Below are positions 9,900 to 18,444 of a DNA stretch of 64,000 bases, piece after piece (position 1 is the first letter of the stretch; each line of letters opens with the position of its first letter). A model generated the notes under the pieces. The model searched no databases. It was given only the letters and a program-made list of their open reading frames with translations, and had not been told where the DNA came from. The DNA is taken from assembly GCA_963806515.1 (NCBI GenBank), contig CAWDYO010000009.1, positions 20,179 through 84,178 of the forward strand. Direction: 5' to 3'. A program made the position numbers and the translations under genes. Source of the DNA: an uncultured Actinomycetes bacterium. GTDB lineage: Bacteria; Actinomycetota; Thermoleophilia; Solirubrobacterales; Solirubrobacteraceae.

Positions 9900-10517
9900 C
9901 TACGCGGCGTCCCAGGCGGGCCCGAACGACGGGTCGACCGTGCGCATGCCGCGCTCGAGCTCTGAGATCGCGGCGCGCTGGCCGTCGGAGAGCTCGAAGT
10001 CGAAGACGTCGAGGTTCGCGGTAGGGGTGGTACTCGACCTGGTCGCAGACGAGCGGCGCGTGCTCGAGCGCCTCGCGCAGCATCGCTCTCGGGAAGTTGG
10101 CGACGCCGAGGTGCTTGGCGCGGCCGGCCTCGCGGACCTCGTTCATCGCGCCGAGCGTCTCGGCGAGCGGGACGGCGGCGTTGGGCCAGTGGATGAGCAG
10201 GAGGTCGACGTACTCGGTGCGCAGTCGTGGCAGCGACTCCTCGAGTGCCTGGCTGACGCTCGTCGCATCGAGCTCCTCGCGCCAGAGCTTCGTCGTGATG
10301 AAGACCGCGGTTGAGGCCGGAGTCGTGCAGGCCCTGGCCGACCTCGGCTTCGTTGCCGTACATCCGCGCGGTGTCGATGTGGCGGTAGCCGAGCTCGAGC
10401 GCGTCGCGAACGGCGATCTCGCAGTCGACCGGTGATCTGCCAGGTGCCGAAGCCGAGCTTCGGGATCTCGGCGCCTTGGACGGTGAGGGTCTCGGTCTGC
10501 GCGGCTTCGCGTGGCAT
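9900..10517 (-). pseudogene. Aldo/keto reductase remnant (multiple frameshifts plus internal deletion)
   Basis: AKR segments lie in three different minus frames: '[13 protein letters not shown]'; '[27 protein letters not shown]'; 'VFITTKLW...[10 protein letters not shown]...AKHLGVANF...CDQVEYHPY'. 'EYHPY' abuts the extreme C-terminus '[21 protein letters not shown]', so roughly 70 aa are missing. The total span is 618 nt against about 830-990 nt for an intact AKR. Confidence 0.8.
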
Positions 10518-10604
10518 GCGTTCGACGGTGCCCGGCTCGGCGTCGCCCGAAACGACAACGAGGCCCCCGGGGGCCCCGTTCTCGAGTGCTCGGGCGCGGT
10601 CGCG

Positions 10605-11705
10605 CTAGGCGACGTCTCGAAGCTTCTGAGCCTCGGCCAACGACTGCAGCTTCTTCAAGGACTGGTTCTCGATCTGGCGGATGCGCTCGCGCGTGACGTT
10701 GAACGTGCGGCCCACCTCGTCGAGCGTGCGGGGGTGCTCGCCGCCGAGGCCGTAACGCAGCTCGAGCACGCGGCGCTCGCGGTAGGAGAGGTTCTCGAGT
10801 GCCTCGCGCAGCGCCTCCTTCGTGAGGATCTCCGCGGCGCGCTCGTAGGGAGACTCGGCACGCTCGTCGGCGATGAACTGGCCGAACTCGGACTCCTCCT
10901 CGTCGCCGACCGGCTTCTCGAGCGAGACCGGGGCCTGCGCGGAGCGCTTGATCGAGTCGACTTCCTCGGGGTCGATGCCGGTGACCTCGGCGATCTCCTC
11001 CGGGGTGGGCTCGCGACCGAGCTCGGTGACGAGCTTGCGCTCGGCACGGCCGATCTTGTTGAGCTTCTCGACGACGTGGACCGGGATGCGGATCGTGCGC
11101 GCCTTGTCGGCGAGCGCGCGGGCGATGGCCTGACGGATCCACCACGTCGCGTAGGTCGAGAACTTGAAGCCCTTGCGGTAGTCGAACTTCTCCGCGGCGC
11201 GCACCAGGCCGAGCGTGCCCTCCTGGATGAGGTCGAGGAACGGCAGGCCCTGGTTGCGGTAGTTCTTGGCGATCGAGACGACGAGGCGCAGGTTGGACTC
11301 GACCATCTTCTGCTTGGCGTCGAGGTCGCCGCGCTCGATGCGCTTGGCGAGGTCGACCTCCTCCTGTGCGGTGAGCAGCCGGACCTTGCCGATGTCCTTC
11401 AAGAACAGCTGAAGGGAGTCGGTCGTCATGTCCGGCTTGAGGTCGATCGTCGTCTTCTTGCGGGCGCGGCGCTTGTCCGGGGCGCGCTCGACGGCGTTGG
11501 CGGCCGCGGCGGCGGGATCGATCTCCTCGACGAGCTCGATCTCGGACTTCTCCAGGTAGCCGTGGAGCTCTTCGATGTCAGCCTCGTCGAGATCGATCTC
11601 CGCGACGGCGCCAGCGATCTCGGCGTACGTCAGCACGCCGGTCAGCTGGCCCTTCGTCAGAAGGCCCTTGATCTCTTCGAGTTCTTGCAGTTCGACTACG
11701 GACAT
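10605..11705 (-). CDS. rpoD: Primary (group 1) RNA polymerase sigma factor
   Basis: 366 aa. '[29 protein letters not shown]', '[16 protein letters not shown]', 'RTIRIPVH', '[20 protein letters not shown]'. Confidence 0.95.
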   Translation of the reverse strand: MSVVELQELEEIKGLLTKGQLTGVLTYAEIAGAVAEIDLDEADIEELHGYLEKSEIELVEEIDPAAAAANAVERAPDKRRARKKTTIDLKPDMTTDSLQLFLKDIGKVRLLTAQEEVDLAKRIERGDLDAKQKMVESNLRLVVSIAKNYRNQGLPFLDLIQEGTLGLVRAAEKFDYRKGFKFSTYATWWIRQAIARALADKARTIRIPVHVVEKLNKIGRAERKLVTELGREPTPEEIAEVTGIDPEEVDSIKRSAQAPVSLEKPVGDEEESEFGQFIADERAESPYERAAEILTKEALREALENLSYRERRVLELRYGLGGEHPRTLDEVGRTFNVTRERIRQIENQSLKKLQSLAEAQKLRDVA

Positions 11706-11938
11706 TCGCGTTCGCTTTCACGTCGTGCGCCGGCTCCGGTCCGCCCGCGCACTCAAGGATGAGGGCGTGGACGAGGGACTTCCTGGGGCAGTACCTCGCC
11801 CAACCTAGACCGCAAACTCTAGCGTGCCAGCCTAGGCACTTTACTTTTTGAAGTCAACGACGTCTTCGCAGGAAGCTACGGGGCGGCGGGCGGTTTGTTT
11901 CACGTATGGCACCGTGATGGCGCAAAGCGCGTGCCATC

Positions 11939-12690
11939 ATGCGGATTGTGCCCGACCGAGACGATTCTGAGCGCGAGGTCATGACGAGCCTCCCCCGCAC
12001 CCGCCCGGTGCGGCGCAGCTCCAAGCGCGCCGAGCGTGCCTCGACTAGCGCCACCACGGCGTCCAACGGCGCCACCCGCACCGCGACGGCCACGGCCCGC
12101 AAGAAGCCGAAGGCCGCCGGCGCGGCGAGCGCGACGACCACCGCGAAGGCGACCGCCTCCGCGAAGAAGTCCAAGGGCGCCAAGCCGAAGGCCGCGGGCA
12201 AGGCCGGCGCGAAGGGCAAGGGCAAGTCGAAGGCGAAGGCGACCTCGACGAAGCCGGCCACGAACGGGACGGGGTCGCGCGCGCCGCGCACGACCCCGCG
12301 GCCACGGCCCGCCGCCGTGCAGGCCGCCCAACCGCCGGCCGAGGAGGCGCGCAGCGCCGCGGCCCAGGCCCCGCCGGCGCAGGAGGCGCACAGCGCTGCG
12401 GCCGCGGCCCAGGCACCGCCGGGGACGCCGTCGCGCAGCGCCGCCGCCGCTGCGGCCGAGCCGCCCGAGCCCCCCGGATCTCCCACGCCGACGAGCCGCC
12501 CGCGACGCCCAAGCGCAAGGTGCCGGCGGCGGGCTACGCGGCGCCAGCGTCGGGCGCCGACGAGCACGAGTCCGCCGTCGCCGACCTCGTGACGACGACG
12601 CTCCAGGCGGCGCAGGAGCTCGCGCAGATCGGCATGGACGTCGGGCGCGCCGCCGTGCGGTCGATGCTCGACCGCCTGCCGCGAGCCTGA
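11939..12690 (+). CDS. Lys/Ala/Pro-rich basic low-complexity protein (histone H1-like tail); apparent frameshift at a C-run near 12470-12476
   Basis: AAG-rich 'KKPKAAGAASATTTAKATASAKKSKGAKPKAAGKAGAKGKGKSKAKA' in a high-GC background argues for real coding. A plausible C-terminus, 'PKRKVPAAGYAAPASGADEHESAVADLVTTTLQAAQELAQIGMDVGRAAVRSMLDRLPRA*', is in a different frame and ends at 12690. The alternative start is ATG 11981. Confidence 0.5.
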
Positions 12691-12721
12691 GCGCCGCCGA
12701 GCCAGGCTCGACCACACCGCT

Positions 12722-12949
12722 CGCGGCCGTGCGGGCGCGGCCGTGCGGGCGCGGCCGTGCGGACGCGGCCGTGCGGACGCGGCCCTGCGGACGCGGCCCT
12801 GCGGGCACGGCCCCTGCGGGCGCGGCCTGCGGGCGCGGCCCTGCGGGCGCGGCCGTGCGGGCGCGGCCTGCGGGCGCGGCCCTGCGGACGCGGCCCTGCG
12901 GGCGCGGCCCTGCGGGCGCGGCCCTGCGGGCGCGGCCCTGCGGGCGCGG
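12722..12949. repeat. Tandem array, 14-bp unit GTGCGGGCGCGGCC (variants CTGCGG[G/A]CGCGGCC), about 16 copies
   Basis: Read directly from the sequence. The period of 14 (occasionally 13 or 15) is not a multiple of 3. The array starts 32 nt after the stop at 12688-12690. Confidence 0.9.
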
Positions 12950-13167
12950 CGCCGCCAAGCCTGGCTCGACCACGCCGCTCGCGACGCGGCGCGATACGCT
13001 GGCGCCGTCTGCCGCGTCCCTTCACCACAGGGAGCGGACGCCGAGCCCGGCGGAGTCCGGCTCGAACGGGGAAGCGGCCACCAGGCCGTAGCGCACGGGA
13101 TGGATGCGCGAGCCAACCGCGGGCCTCAGGCCGGGTGGCGCCCTGCGCCCGTAGGCGGTCCATCCAC

Positions 13168-13884
13168 ATGCCCCCGTCTCGACGCGATCGCGCCCCGCTC
13201 GCCGCCCTCCTCTGCGCGGGCTTGTGGTGCGGCGCCTGCGCGGTCGCCTACGCGGTGCCGGGCACTGGCGGCGCGGAGATGCCAAAGCTGATCCCGCAGA
13301 GCACGGGCGCCGGCGGATACGGGACGCCGGGCCAGCGCTCGGTTCTCGTGGCGCCGACGGCGCTCGTCGGCGAGATCGTCCGGGTGCGCGGGACGATGCC
13401 CGGCGGATCGCGCCGGCGCGCCATCCTGCAGCGCCTCGACGCGCGTCAGGGATGGCGCAACGTCGCCCGCACGCGCGTCCGCAGCACTGAGCGCTTCGTC
13501 GTGCGCTGGCGCGCGGATGGCAGCGGGCGCACCAGCCTGCGCGTCGTCATCGCACGCCGCGCGGGCGCGGCGGCCGGCGCGCCCGTGGCGAACGTCAACG
13601 TCTACCGGCCCGCGCTCGCGACGTACTTCGGACCGGGCCTGTACGGGAACAAGACCTTCTGCGGCCAGGTCCTGACGCCCGAGCTGCTCGGCGTCGCGCA
13701 TCGCAAGCTGCCGTGCGGCACGCAGGTCGCGCTGCTGTACGACCGTCGCGAGATCATCGTCCCGGTCGTCGATCGCGGTCCGTTCAACGAGCCCTACGAC
13801 TGGGACCTCACGCAGGCCACCGCCGACGCGCTCGGCTTCACCGCGTCGGGCTCGATCGGGTACGTGCGCCTGAAGCCGGCGTAG
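13168..13884 (+). CDS. RlpA-like lytic transglycosylase / DPBB-domain secreted protein
   Basis: Signal-like 'APLAALLCAGLWCGACAVAYA'. C-terminal DPBB 'ATYFGPGLYGNKTFCGQVL..GVAHRKLPCGTQVALLYDRREIIVPVVDRGPF..WDLTQATADALG'. The start is at ATG 13168, downstream of the repeat array. Confidence 0.75.
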   Translation: MPPSRRDRAPLAALLCAGLWCGACAVAYAVPGTGGAEMPKLIPQSTGAGGYGTPGQRSVLVAPTALVGEIVRVRGTMPGGSRRRAILQRLDARQGWRNVARTRVRSTERFVVRWRADGSGRTSLRVVIARRAGAAAGAPVANVNVYRPALATYFGPGLYGNKTFCGQVLTPELLGVAHRKLPCGTQVALLYDRREIIVPVVDRGPFNEPYDWDLTQATADALGFTASGSIGYVRLKPA

Positions 13885-13928
13885 CCCGGCTGGGCGAGGC
13901 CGCACGCGCCGGCGGGTACCGTGTGCCG

Positions 13929-14657
13929 ATGGCCGTGATCGTCGCCGTGATGGCCGCCGTCGCGGCGGTCGCGCTCGCCTGGTTCGCCGGGGTCCGGCGG
14001 ATACTCAACCGCTCCAAGCGCGTTGCGCGGGCGGTCATCGTCGATCCCGAGGAGCACACGACGATGGACGCGCGGGGCGCGGTGCGCTCGGTCCAGGCCG
14101 CCGACCTCACGCTGCCGGCCGCCGCGCTCGACGCGATCTGGACGCCGATGCACCTCGAGCGCCTCGCGCGGACCTACTGGCGCTTCCTCTCGCGCTGCAC
14201 GCTCGGCGTCATCCGCGTGCGCTACGACGAGGACGGCCGGACCGTCGTCGCGGTCGCGCGGCCGTTCGCGCTGCTGCGCTTCAAGGCGCCGGAGTACGAG
14301 CTGGACGCCGGGCGCGGGATCGTGCGCTGGCGCATCGAACGCGGCGTGCTCGTGTCGCGCGCGGCGCACGGCGGCGACGGCTACCTCCAGATCGACGTGC
14401 GCCGCTGCGAGAACGTCGACGACGCCACCGGGCGCGTGCACATCGAGGTCGAGGTCGCGAACTTCTATCCGGCGCTCGCGAGCGGGATCGCGCGCTGGTT
14501 CTACTCGGCGACCCAGTCGCGCATCCACGTCATCGTCACGCACGGCTTCCTGCGCTCGCTCGCCCGCCTGGACCTCGCCGAGTCCGTCGTCGGGCGCTAC
14601 GCCACGCCCGGCGCCGGGCCCGACCCGCCGCCGTCGCGGGAGCACACGCCCGCGTGA
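13929..14657 (+). CDS. Hypothetical protein with N-terminal TM anchor
   Basis: Internal ATG 13929 gives 'MAVIVAVMAAVAAVALAWFAG'. Diverse composition; no motif recognised. Confidence 0.55.
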   Translation: MAVIVAVMAAVAAVALAWFAGVRRILNRSKRVARAVIVDPEEHTTMDARGAVRSVQAADLTLPAAALDAIWTPMHLERLARTYWRFLSRCTLGVIRVRYDEDGRTVVAVARPFALLRFKAPEYELDAGRGIVRWRIERGVLVSRAAHGGDGYLQIDVRRCENVDDATGRVHIEVEVANFYPALASGIARWFYSATQSRIHVIVTHGFLRSLARLDLAESVVGRYATPGAGPDPPPSREHTPA

Positions 14658-15151
14658 TCGAAGGCGCCGTCGTCCGCCTGGAGCCCATCCCCCGCGAGGT
14701 CGCGGCGGCGCTGCTCGACAGCCGCGCCCCGGAGGGCATCGCCTTCGCGGACGGCTACCCGTCGGAGTTCTCGCTCGAGGTCATGGACCTCCTCGCCGGT
14801 CCGCGCGCCTCGACCTCCGACGGCACGGGATTTCGGCCGAGCTTCGTCGTGCGCAAGTCCGACGGCGTCGTCGTCGGCGAGATCGGCTACAGCCTCGTCG
14901 AGTCGGTCGCGCGACTCGGCTACTCGATCGTCGAGCCGTGTCAGGGTCGCGGCTACGCCACCGACGCGCTGCGGGCGCTGATCGCGCGGCTGCGCGAGGA
15001 CCCGCGCGTGCGGCGGATCACGGCGGAGACGCTCGTGGGCCACGTCGCGAGCCGGCGCGTCATGGAGAAGGCGGGGATGCGGCTGTACGGCGAGCGCCTC
15101 GGCGAGGTCGACGGCGAGCTCGCGGAGCTCGTCGTCTACGACTGCTCGTAG
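14654..15151 (+). CDS. GNAT-family N-acetyltransferase (RimJ/RimL-like)
   Basis: 165 aa. 'LGYSIVEPCQGRGYATDALRALIARL...ETLVGHVASRRVMEKAGM'. The GTG start overlaps the upstream stop by 4 nt. Confidence 0.8.
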   Translation: MIEGAVVRLEPIPREVAAALLDSRAPEGIAFADGYPSEFSLEVMDLLAGPRASTSDGTGFRPSFVVRKSDGVVVGEIGYSLVESVARLGYSIVEPCQGRGYATDALRALIARLREDPRVRRITAETLVGHVASRRVMEKAGMRLYGERLGEVDGELAELVVYDCS

Positions 15152-15187
15152 GCGGCGCGCAGCTCGGCGATTCGCCACCCACCAGAA

Positions 15188-15229
15188 TGTCGGATTGACC
15201 CCGGATATCGGGGTGAAAACGACACGCGC
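15188..15229. repeat. REP-like palindromic element, copy 1 (TGTCGGATTGACCCCGGATATCGGGGTGAAAACGACACGCGC)
   Basis: Palindrome ACCCCGGATATCGGGGT at 15198-15214. The same consensus recurs at 33242-33361 (two copies) and 56155-56195. It lies 37 nt after the GNAT stop. Confidence 0.75.
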
Positions 15230-15258
15230 CCGGCCGTGGCCGAGCGCGCGTGTGACGG

Positions 15259-15495
15259 CTATGCCCCGTGCGGACGCGTGTCGCGCCCGGGGAGGTGCAT
15301 GCCTTCCAACAGGCGCGGCGTGAGCATGAGCGCCGCGATGCCGACCAGCACGTAGATCGCGTCCGTGACGGTGCCGGTTCCGAAGATCTCGGACACGACG
15401 TTCGTGTCGAACAACGCGAGGACAGCCCAGTTCAGGCCGCCAATGATGAGCAGGGCGATCCAGACAGGATCGAGCCGCTTGAGGAGTTCCATCAC
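15259..15495 (-). CDS. DUF378-family small membrane protein
   Basis: 78 aa. 'LDPVWIALLIIGGLNWAVLALFDTNVVSEIFG....AIYVLVGIAAL' matches the DUF378 pattern. Confidence 0.8.
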   Translation of the reverse strand: MMELLKRLDPVWIALLIIGGLNWAVLALFDTNVVSEIFGTGTVTDAIYVLVGIAALMLTPRLLEGMHLPGRDTRPHGA

Positions 15496-15562
15496 GCCTC
15501 CTTGATTGACGCGACGGTTGTGGATGGGACGCTGCTACATACCCCACGGTTTGCGGGAGGTT

Positions 15563-16051
15563 TCACTGCGCCGGCAGGATCGGCTCCGCGCGTTGTTCGG
15601 CCGTCGCCCCGGGTCCCGGGCGGACCTTGAGATCGCGCGGTCGCGCGGGCTCGCCGCAGTGCGCGCAGTGCAGTCGCGGGTCGGCGTCGTGGCCGCACGC
15701 CGTGTGCACGAGCACGCGCGGCGGACCACCCTCGGGGGTCGCGTGACGATCGCCCCACTGCAGCAGCGCGACGAGCACGGGGTTGGCGTCCACGCCCTTG
15801 CGCGTCGGCGCGTACTCGTGCGCGTCGGGCTCGCCGTCGATCGGCCGCCGCTCCAGCAGCCCGTGCTCGACGAGCGTCTGCAGGCGGTCGGAGAGGATGT
15901 TCGGCGCGACGCCGACGTGGCTGCGGATGTCGCCGAAGCGCCGCCGTCCGAGCAACACCTCGCGCATGACGAGCAGCGTCCAGCGCTCGCCAAGGATCTC
16001 GAGCGCGGCGGCGATCGAGCAGTGCTGCTCGGGAAACGGGCGGTAGGGCAT
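15563..16051 (-). CDS. HxlR-family transcriptional regulator with C-terminal Cys/His extension
   Basis: These are the last 162 codons of the long ORF 15563..17800. 'CSIAAALEILGERWTLLVMREVLLGRRRFGDI..VAPNILSDRLQTLVEHGLLERR'. C-terminal 'HTACGHDADPRLHCAHCG'. Confidence 0.8.
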   Translation of the reverse strand: MPYRPFPEQHCSIAAALEILGERWTLLVMREVLLGRRRFGDIRSHVGVAPNILSDRLQTLVEHGLLERRPIDGEPDAHEYAPTRKGVDANPVLVALLQWGDRHATPEGGPPRVLVHTACGHDADPRLHCAHCGEPARPRDLKVRPGPGATAEQRAEPILPAQ

Positions 16052-16073
16052 GGCGTCGACTGTAGCGCCGGGT

Positions 16074-16124
16074 AGTTGCATTTTGCAAGCGCCTGGTCTA
16101 CGGTGCTGCTTGCAAAATGCAACT
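16074..16124. promoter_or_regulatory. Paired palindromic operator between the divergent HxlR and MFS genes
   Basis: AGTTGCATTTTGCAAGC (16074-16090) and its exact reverse complement GCTTGCAAAATGCAACT (16108-16124), with a 17-bp spacer. Each arm contains TTGCA-N3-TGCAA. Confidence 0.65.
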
Positions 16125-16210
16125 GTCGCCTGCCGCGCGACAGCGCCGAGCCGAACGGGCTCCGCAGCGCGCCGCTGGCGGGTGACCAACCAACGACGGG
16201 AGCGCGCGTG

Positions 16211-17587
16211 ATGGAACGCCGGTGGCAGGTCCTGACGGTCGTCTCGGTCGCCGTCTTCATGGTGAGCCTCGACCTGTTCATCGTGAACCTCGCGTTCCCG
16301 CACATCGCCGCTGACTTCGAGGGGGCGAGCCCTGCGGCGGTCTCGTGGGTCCTCAACGCCTACGCGATCGTCATCGCGGCCCTGATGGTCCCCGCCGGAC
16401 GGCTGGCCGATCGTGCCGGCCGCAAGCGCGCGTTCCTCGGCGGGCTGGTGCTGTTCGCGGCGGGCTCGGCACTGTGCGGCGTCGCGCCGTCGATCGAGAC
16501 GCTCGTCGCTGCGCGCGTCGTGCAGGCCGCGGGCGCCGCGCTGCTCGTGCCGACGTCGCTCGCCCTCCTGCTCCCGGAGTTCTCCGCCGCCGAGCGCCCC
16601 GCCGCGATCGGGATCTGGGCCGCGGTCGGCGGCATCGCCGCGGCCGCGGGCCCGCCGCTCGGCGGTTTGCTCGTCGAGGCGAGCTGGCGCCTCGTGTTCC
16701 TCGTCAACGTCCCGGTCGCGCTCGCGGCCGTGTGGTTCGGAGCACGCCTGTTGCGCGAGAGCCGCGACGAGGCGCCCGGCCGCCCCGACCTCATCGGCTC
16801 GGCGATCTTCGCGGGGGCCGTCGGCGTGCTCGCGCTGACGCTCGTCGAAGCACCGGAGCGGGGCTGGGGCAGCCTGACCACGATCGCCGGCGGCGCGGCC
16901 GCGGCGGCGGGGCTCGCCGCGTTCTGGCGTCGCTGCCTCGTCCACCCGTCGCCGGTGGTCGAGCCGGCGATGCTGCGGGTCCGGTCGTTCGCGCTGGCGA
17001 CCGCGGCCTCGCTGCTGTTCTCTGCGGCGTTCGCGGCGATGCTGCTCGGCGTCGTCCTCTTCATGACGGGCGTCTGGGGCGACTCGGCGCTGCGTGCCGG
17101 CCTCGCGCTGTCGCCGGGGCCGCTCATGGCGGCGACCTTCGCCGCCGCGTCGGGGCGCTTCTCCAACCGCTTCGGCCAGCGCCGGCTCGCGACCACCGGG
17201 CTCGCGCTGTTCGCGCTCGGCTGCGCGTGGTGGAGCCTGCGCCTGGGCACCGAGCACGCCTACGCCGCCGAGATGCTGCCGGGGCTGCTCGTCAGCGGGA
17301 CCGGCGTCGGCCTGACGCTGCCGTCGCTCGCAAGCGCGGCCGCCGCGTCGCTGCCGCCGGCGCGCTTCGCCACAGGCTCGGCGGTGTTCACGATGTCGCG
17401 CCAGCTCGGCTACGTCCTCGGCGTCGCGATCCTCGTGGCGCTGCTGGGCGGCGGCGCGTCGTTCGACGGCGCCTGGGTCTTCATGGCCGTCACCGCGGCG
17501 CTCGGGGCGGCGGTCGCGTTCGCCATCGGCGCCGTGCGCCCGTACGCGGCGCCGGCCCCGCTGCAGCCCGCCGGCGAGGCCGTCTAG
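16211..17587 (+). CDS. MFS transporter, DHA2/EmrB-like (14-TMS type) drug:H+ antiporter
   Basis: 'LDLFIVNLAFPHI', 'MVPAGRLADRAGRKRAFLGGL'. About 14 hydrophobic segments. Start at ATG 16211 (GTG 16208 is also possible). Confidence 0.85.
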   Translation: MERRWQVLTVVSVAVFMVSLDLFIVNLAFPHIAADFEGASPAAVSWVLNAYAIVIAALMVPAGRLADRAGRKRAFLGGLVLFAAGSALCGVAPSIETLVAARVVQAAGAALLVPTSLALLLPEFSAAERPAAIGIWAAVGGIAAAAGPPLGGLLVEASWRLVFLVNVPVALAAVWFGARLLRESRDEAPGRPDLIGSAIFAGAVGVLALTLVEAPERGWGSLTTIAGGAAAAAGLAAFWRRCLVHPSPVVEPAMLRVRSFALATAASLLFSAAFAAMLLGVVLFMTGVWGDSALRAGLALSPGPLMAATFAAASGRFSNRFGQRRLATTGLALFALGCAWWSLRLGTEHAYAAEMLPGLLVSGTGVGLTLPSLASAAAASLPPARFATGSAVFTMSRQLGYVLGVAILVALLGGGASFDGAWVFMAVTAALGAAVAFAIGAVRPYAAPAPLQPAGEAV

Positions 17588-18036
17588 AGGGTGCCGGGCG
17601 GCTTGCGGCGGCGCTCGGCCTCCCCCGTGCGGCGCGCCGCTCCGACGAGCATGAGCACGCAGCCGGCGAGCGCGACGTACCAGCCCGCCGCAAGCTCGAT
17701 CTGGCCGGGCGGCTCGCCCGGGCGGTCGACGACGCCGACGTAGAGGACGAGCCCGAGCGCGGTGATCGCGAGCACGCCGGTGAGCTCGCCGCGCACCCAC
17801 GACAGCTCGTGGTCGCGGAGCACGATGTAGGCGAGCACGAACGGCGCGAGGGCCATGACGAGCAGCGGCCAGCGCAGCACGTCGTGCACGTCCCAGCCGC
17901 TGTGCGACCCGAGCCCGGCGACGCCCCCGATCGACGCCAGCCGGCTGACCGAGTCATACCACGGCCCGAACACGCCACCGGCGAGCAGCAGGCCGCCGAG
18001 CATCCCGACGAGCTCGTTGCGGGTCAGGCGCCCCAT
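17584..18036 (-). CDS. Hypothetical integral membrane protein (4 TM)
   Basis: Internal ATG 18036 gives 'MGRLTRNELVGMLGGLLLAGGVFGPW...'. Convergent 4-nt overlap with the MFS gene stop. Confidence 0.55.
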   Translation of the reverse strand: MGRLTRNELVGMLGGLLLAGGVFGPWYDSVSRLASIGGVAGLGSHSGWDVHDVLRWPLLVMALAPFVLAYIVLRDHELSWVRGELTGVLAITALGLVLYVGVVDRPGEPPGQIELAAGWYVALAGCVLMLVGAARRTGEAERRRKPPGTL

Positions 18037-18440
18037 CAGCGCGTCGAGTCCGCCACGGCCACGAGCTGCGCGAGCGTCCACGGTCCCTGGCCGGTGAGCC
18101 GCAGGTGCAGGCCGTCCTGCTCCCACGCGAGCTCGTGGACCGGGCGCAGCTCGGGCTCGGCCTCGTCCAGCGGCGCGGTGCGGTGCGCGTAGCGCTCGTG
18201 GGCCTCGGGCGCCGGCAGCCCGCGCTCCGGCGGTGCCTCGAGGCCCACGTAGAGCGTCAGCCGGCCCGGCGTGCCCGGCCGGGTCGCGTCGAGGTTCCAC
18301 TCGACCTGGACCGCTGCGGGCCCGCTCGCGATCACCTCCACCCAGCGCGCGAGCGGCAGCACGATGGCGGGCAGCGGAACGAGGCGCCCGAGGTGCGCGT
18401 CAGCGGCACCGATCCCGTCGAGCGGGTCGCGCTGTTCCAT
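18036..18440 (-). CDS. Hypothetical protein
   Basis: Internal ATG 18440 gives 'MEQRDPLDGIGAADAHLGRLVPLP...'. Its stop overlaps the downstream start by 1 nt. No motif recognised. Confidence 0.45.
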   Translation of the reverse strand: MEQRDPLDGIGAADAHLGRLVPLPAIVLPLARWVEVIASGPAAVQVEWNLDATRPGTPGRLTLYVGLEAPPERGLPAPEAHERYAHRTAPLDEAEPELRPVHELAWEQDGLHLRLTGQGPWTLAQLVAVADSTR

Positions 18441-18444
18441 GTCC

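Noticed and set aside
12722-12949. Possible CRISPR array (also considered for 48461-48725 and 18445-18593)
   Set aside because: The units are directly abutting with no unique spacers. The unit sizes (14, 63 and 75 bp) and the absence of cas genes do not fit CRISPR. These are plain tandem repeats.
11854-13291. Several 180-420-aa ORFs on both strands crossing 12722-12949
   Set aside because: They read through a tandem array whose 14-bp period is not a multiple of 3, giving Arg/Pro/Ala/Gly nonsense. The RlpA-like gene is therefore started at ATG 13168.
16052-17800. Upstream 580 codons of ORF 15563..17800
   Set aside because: They are antisense to the MFS transporter. Only the last 162 codons show the HxlR fold, and there is a palindromic operator just upstream of ATG 16051.
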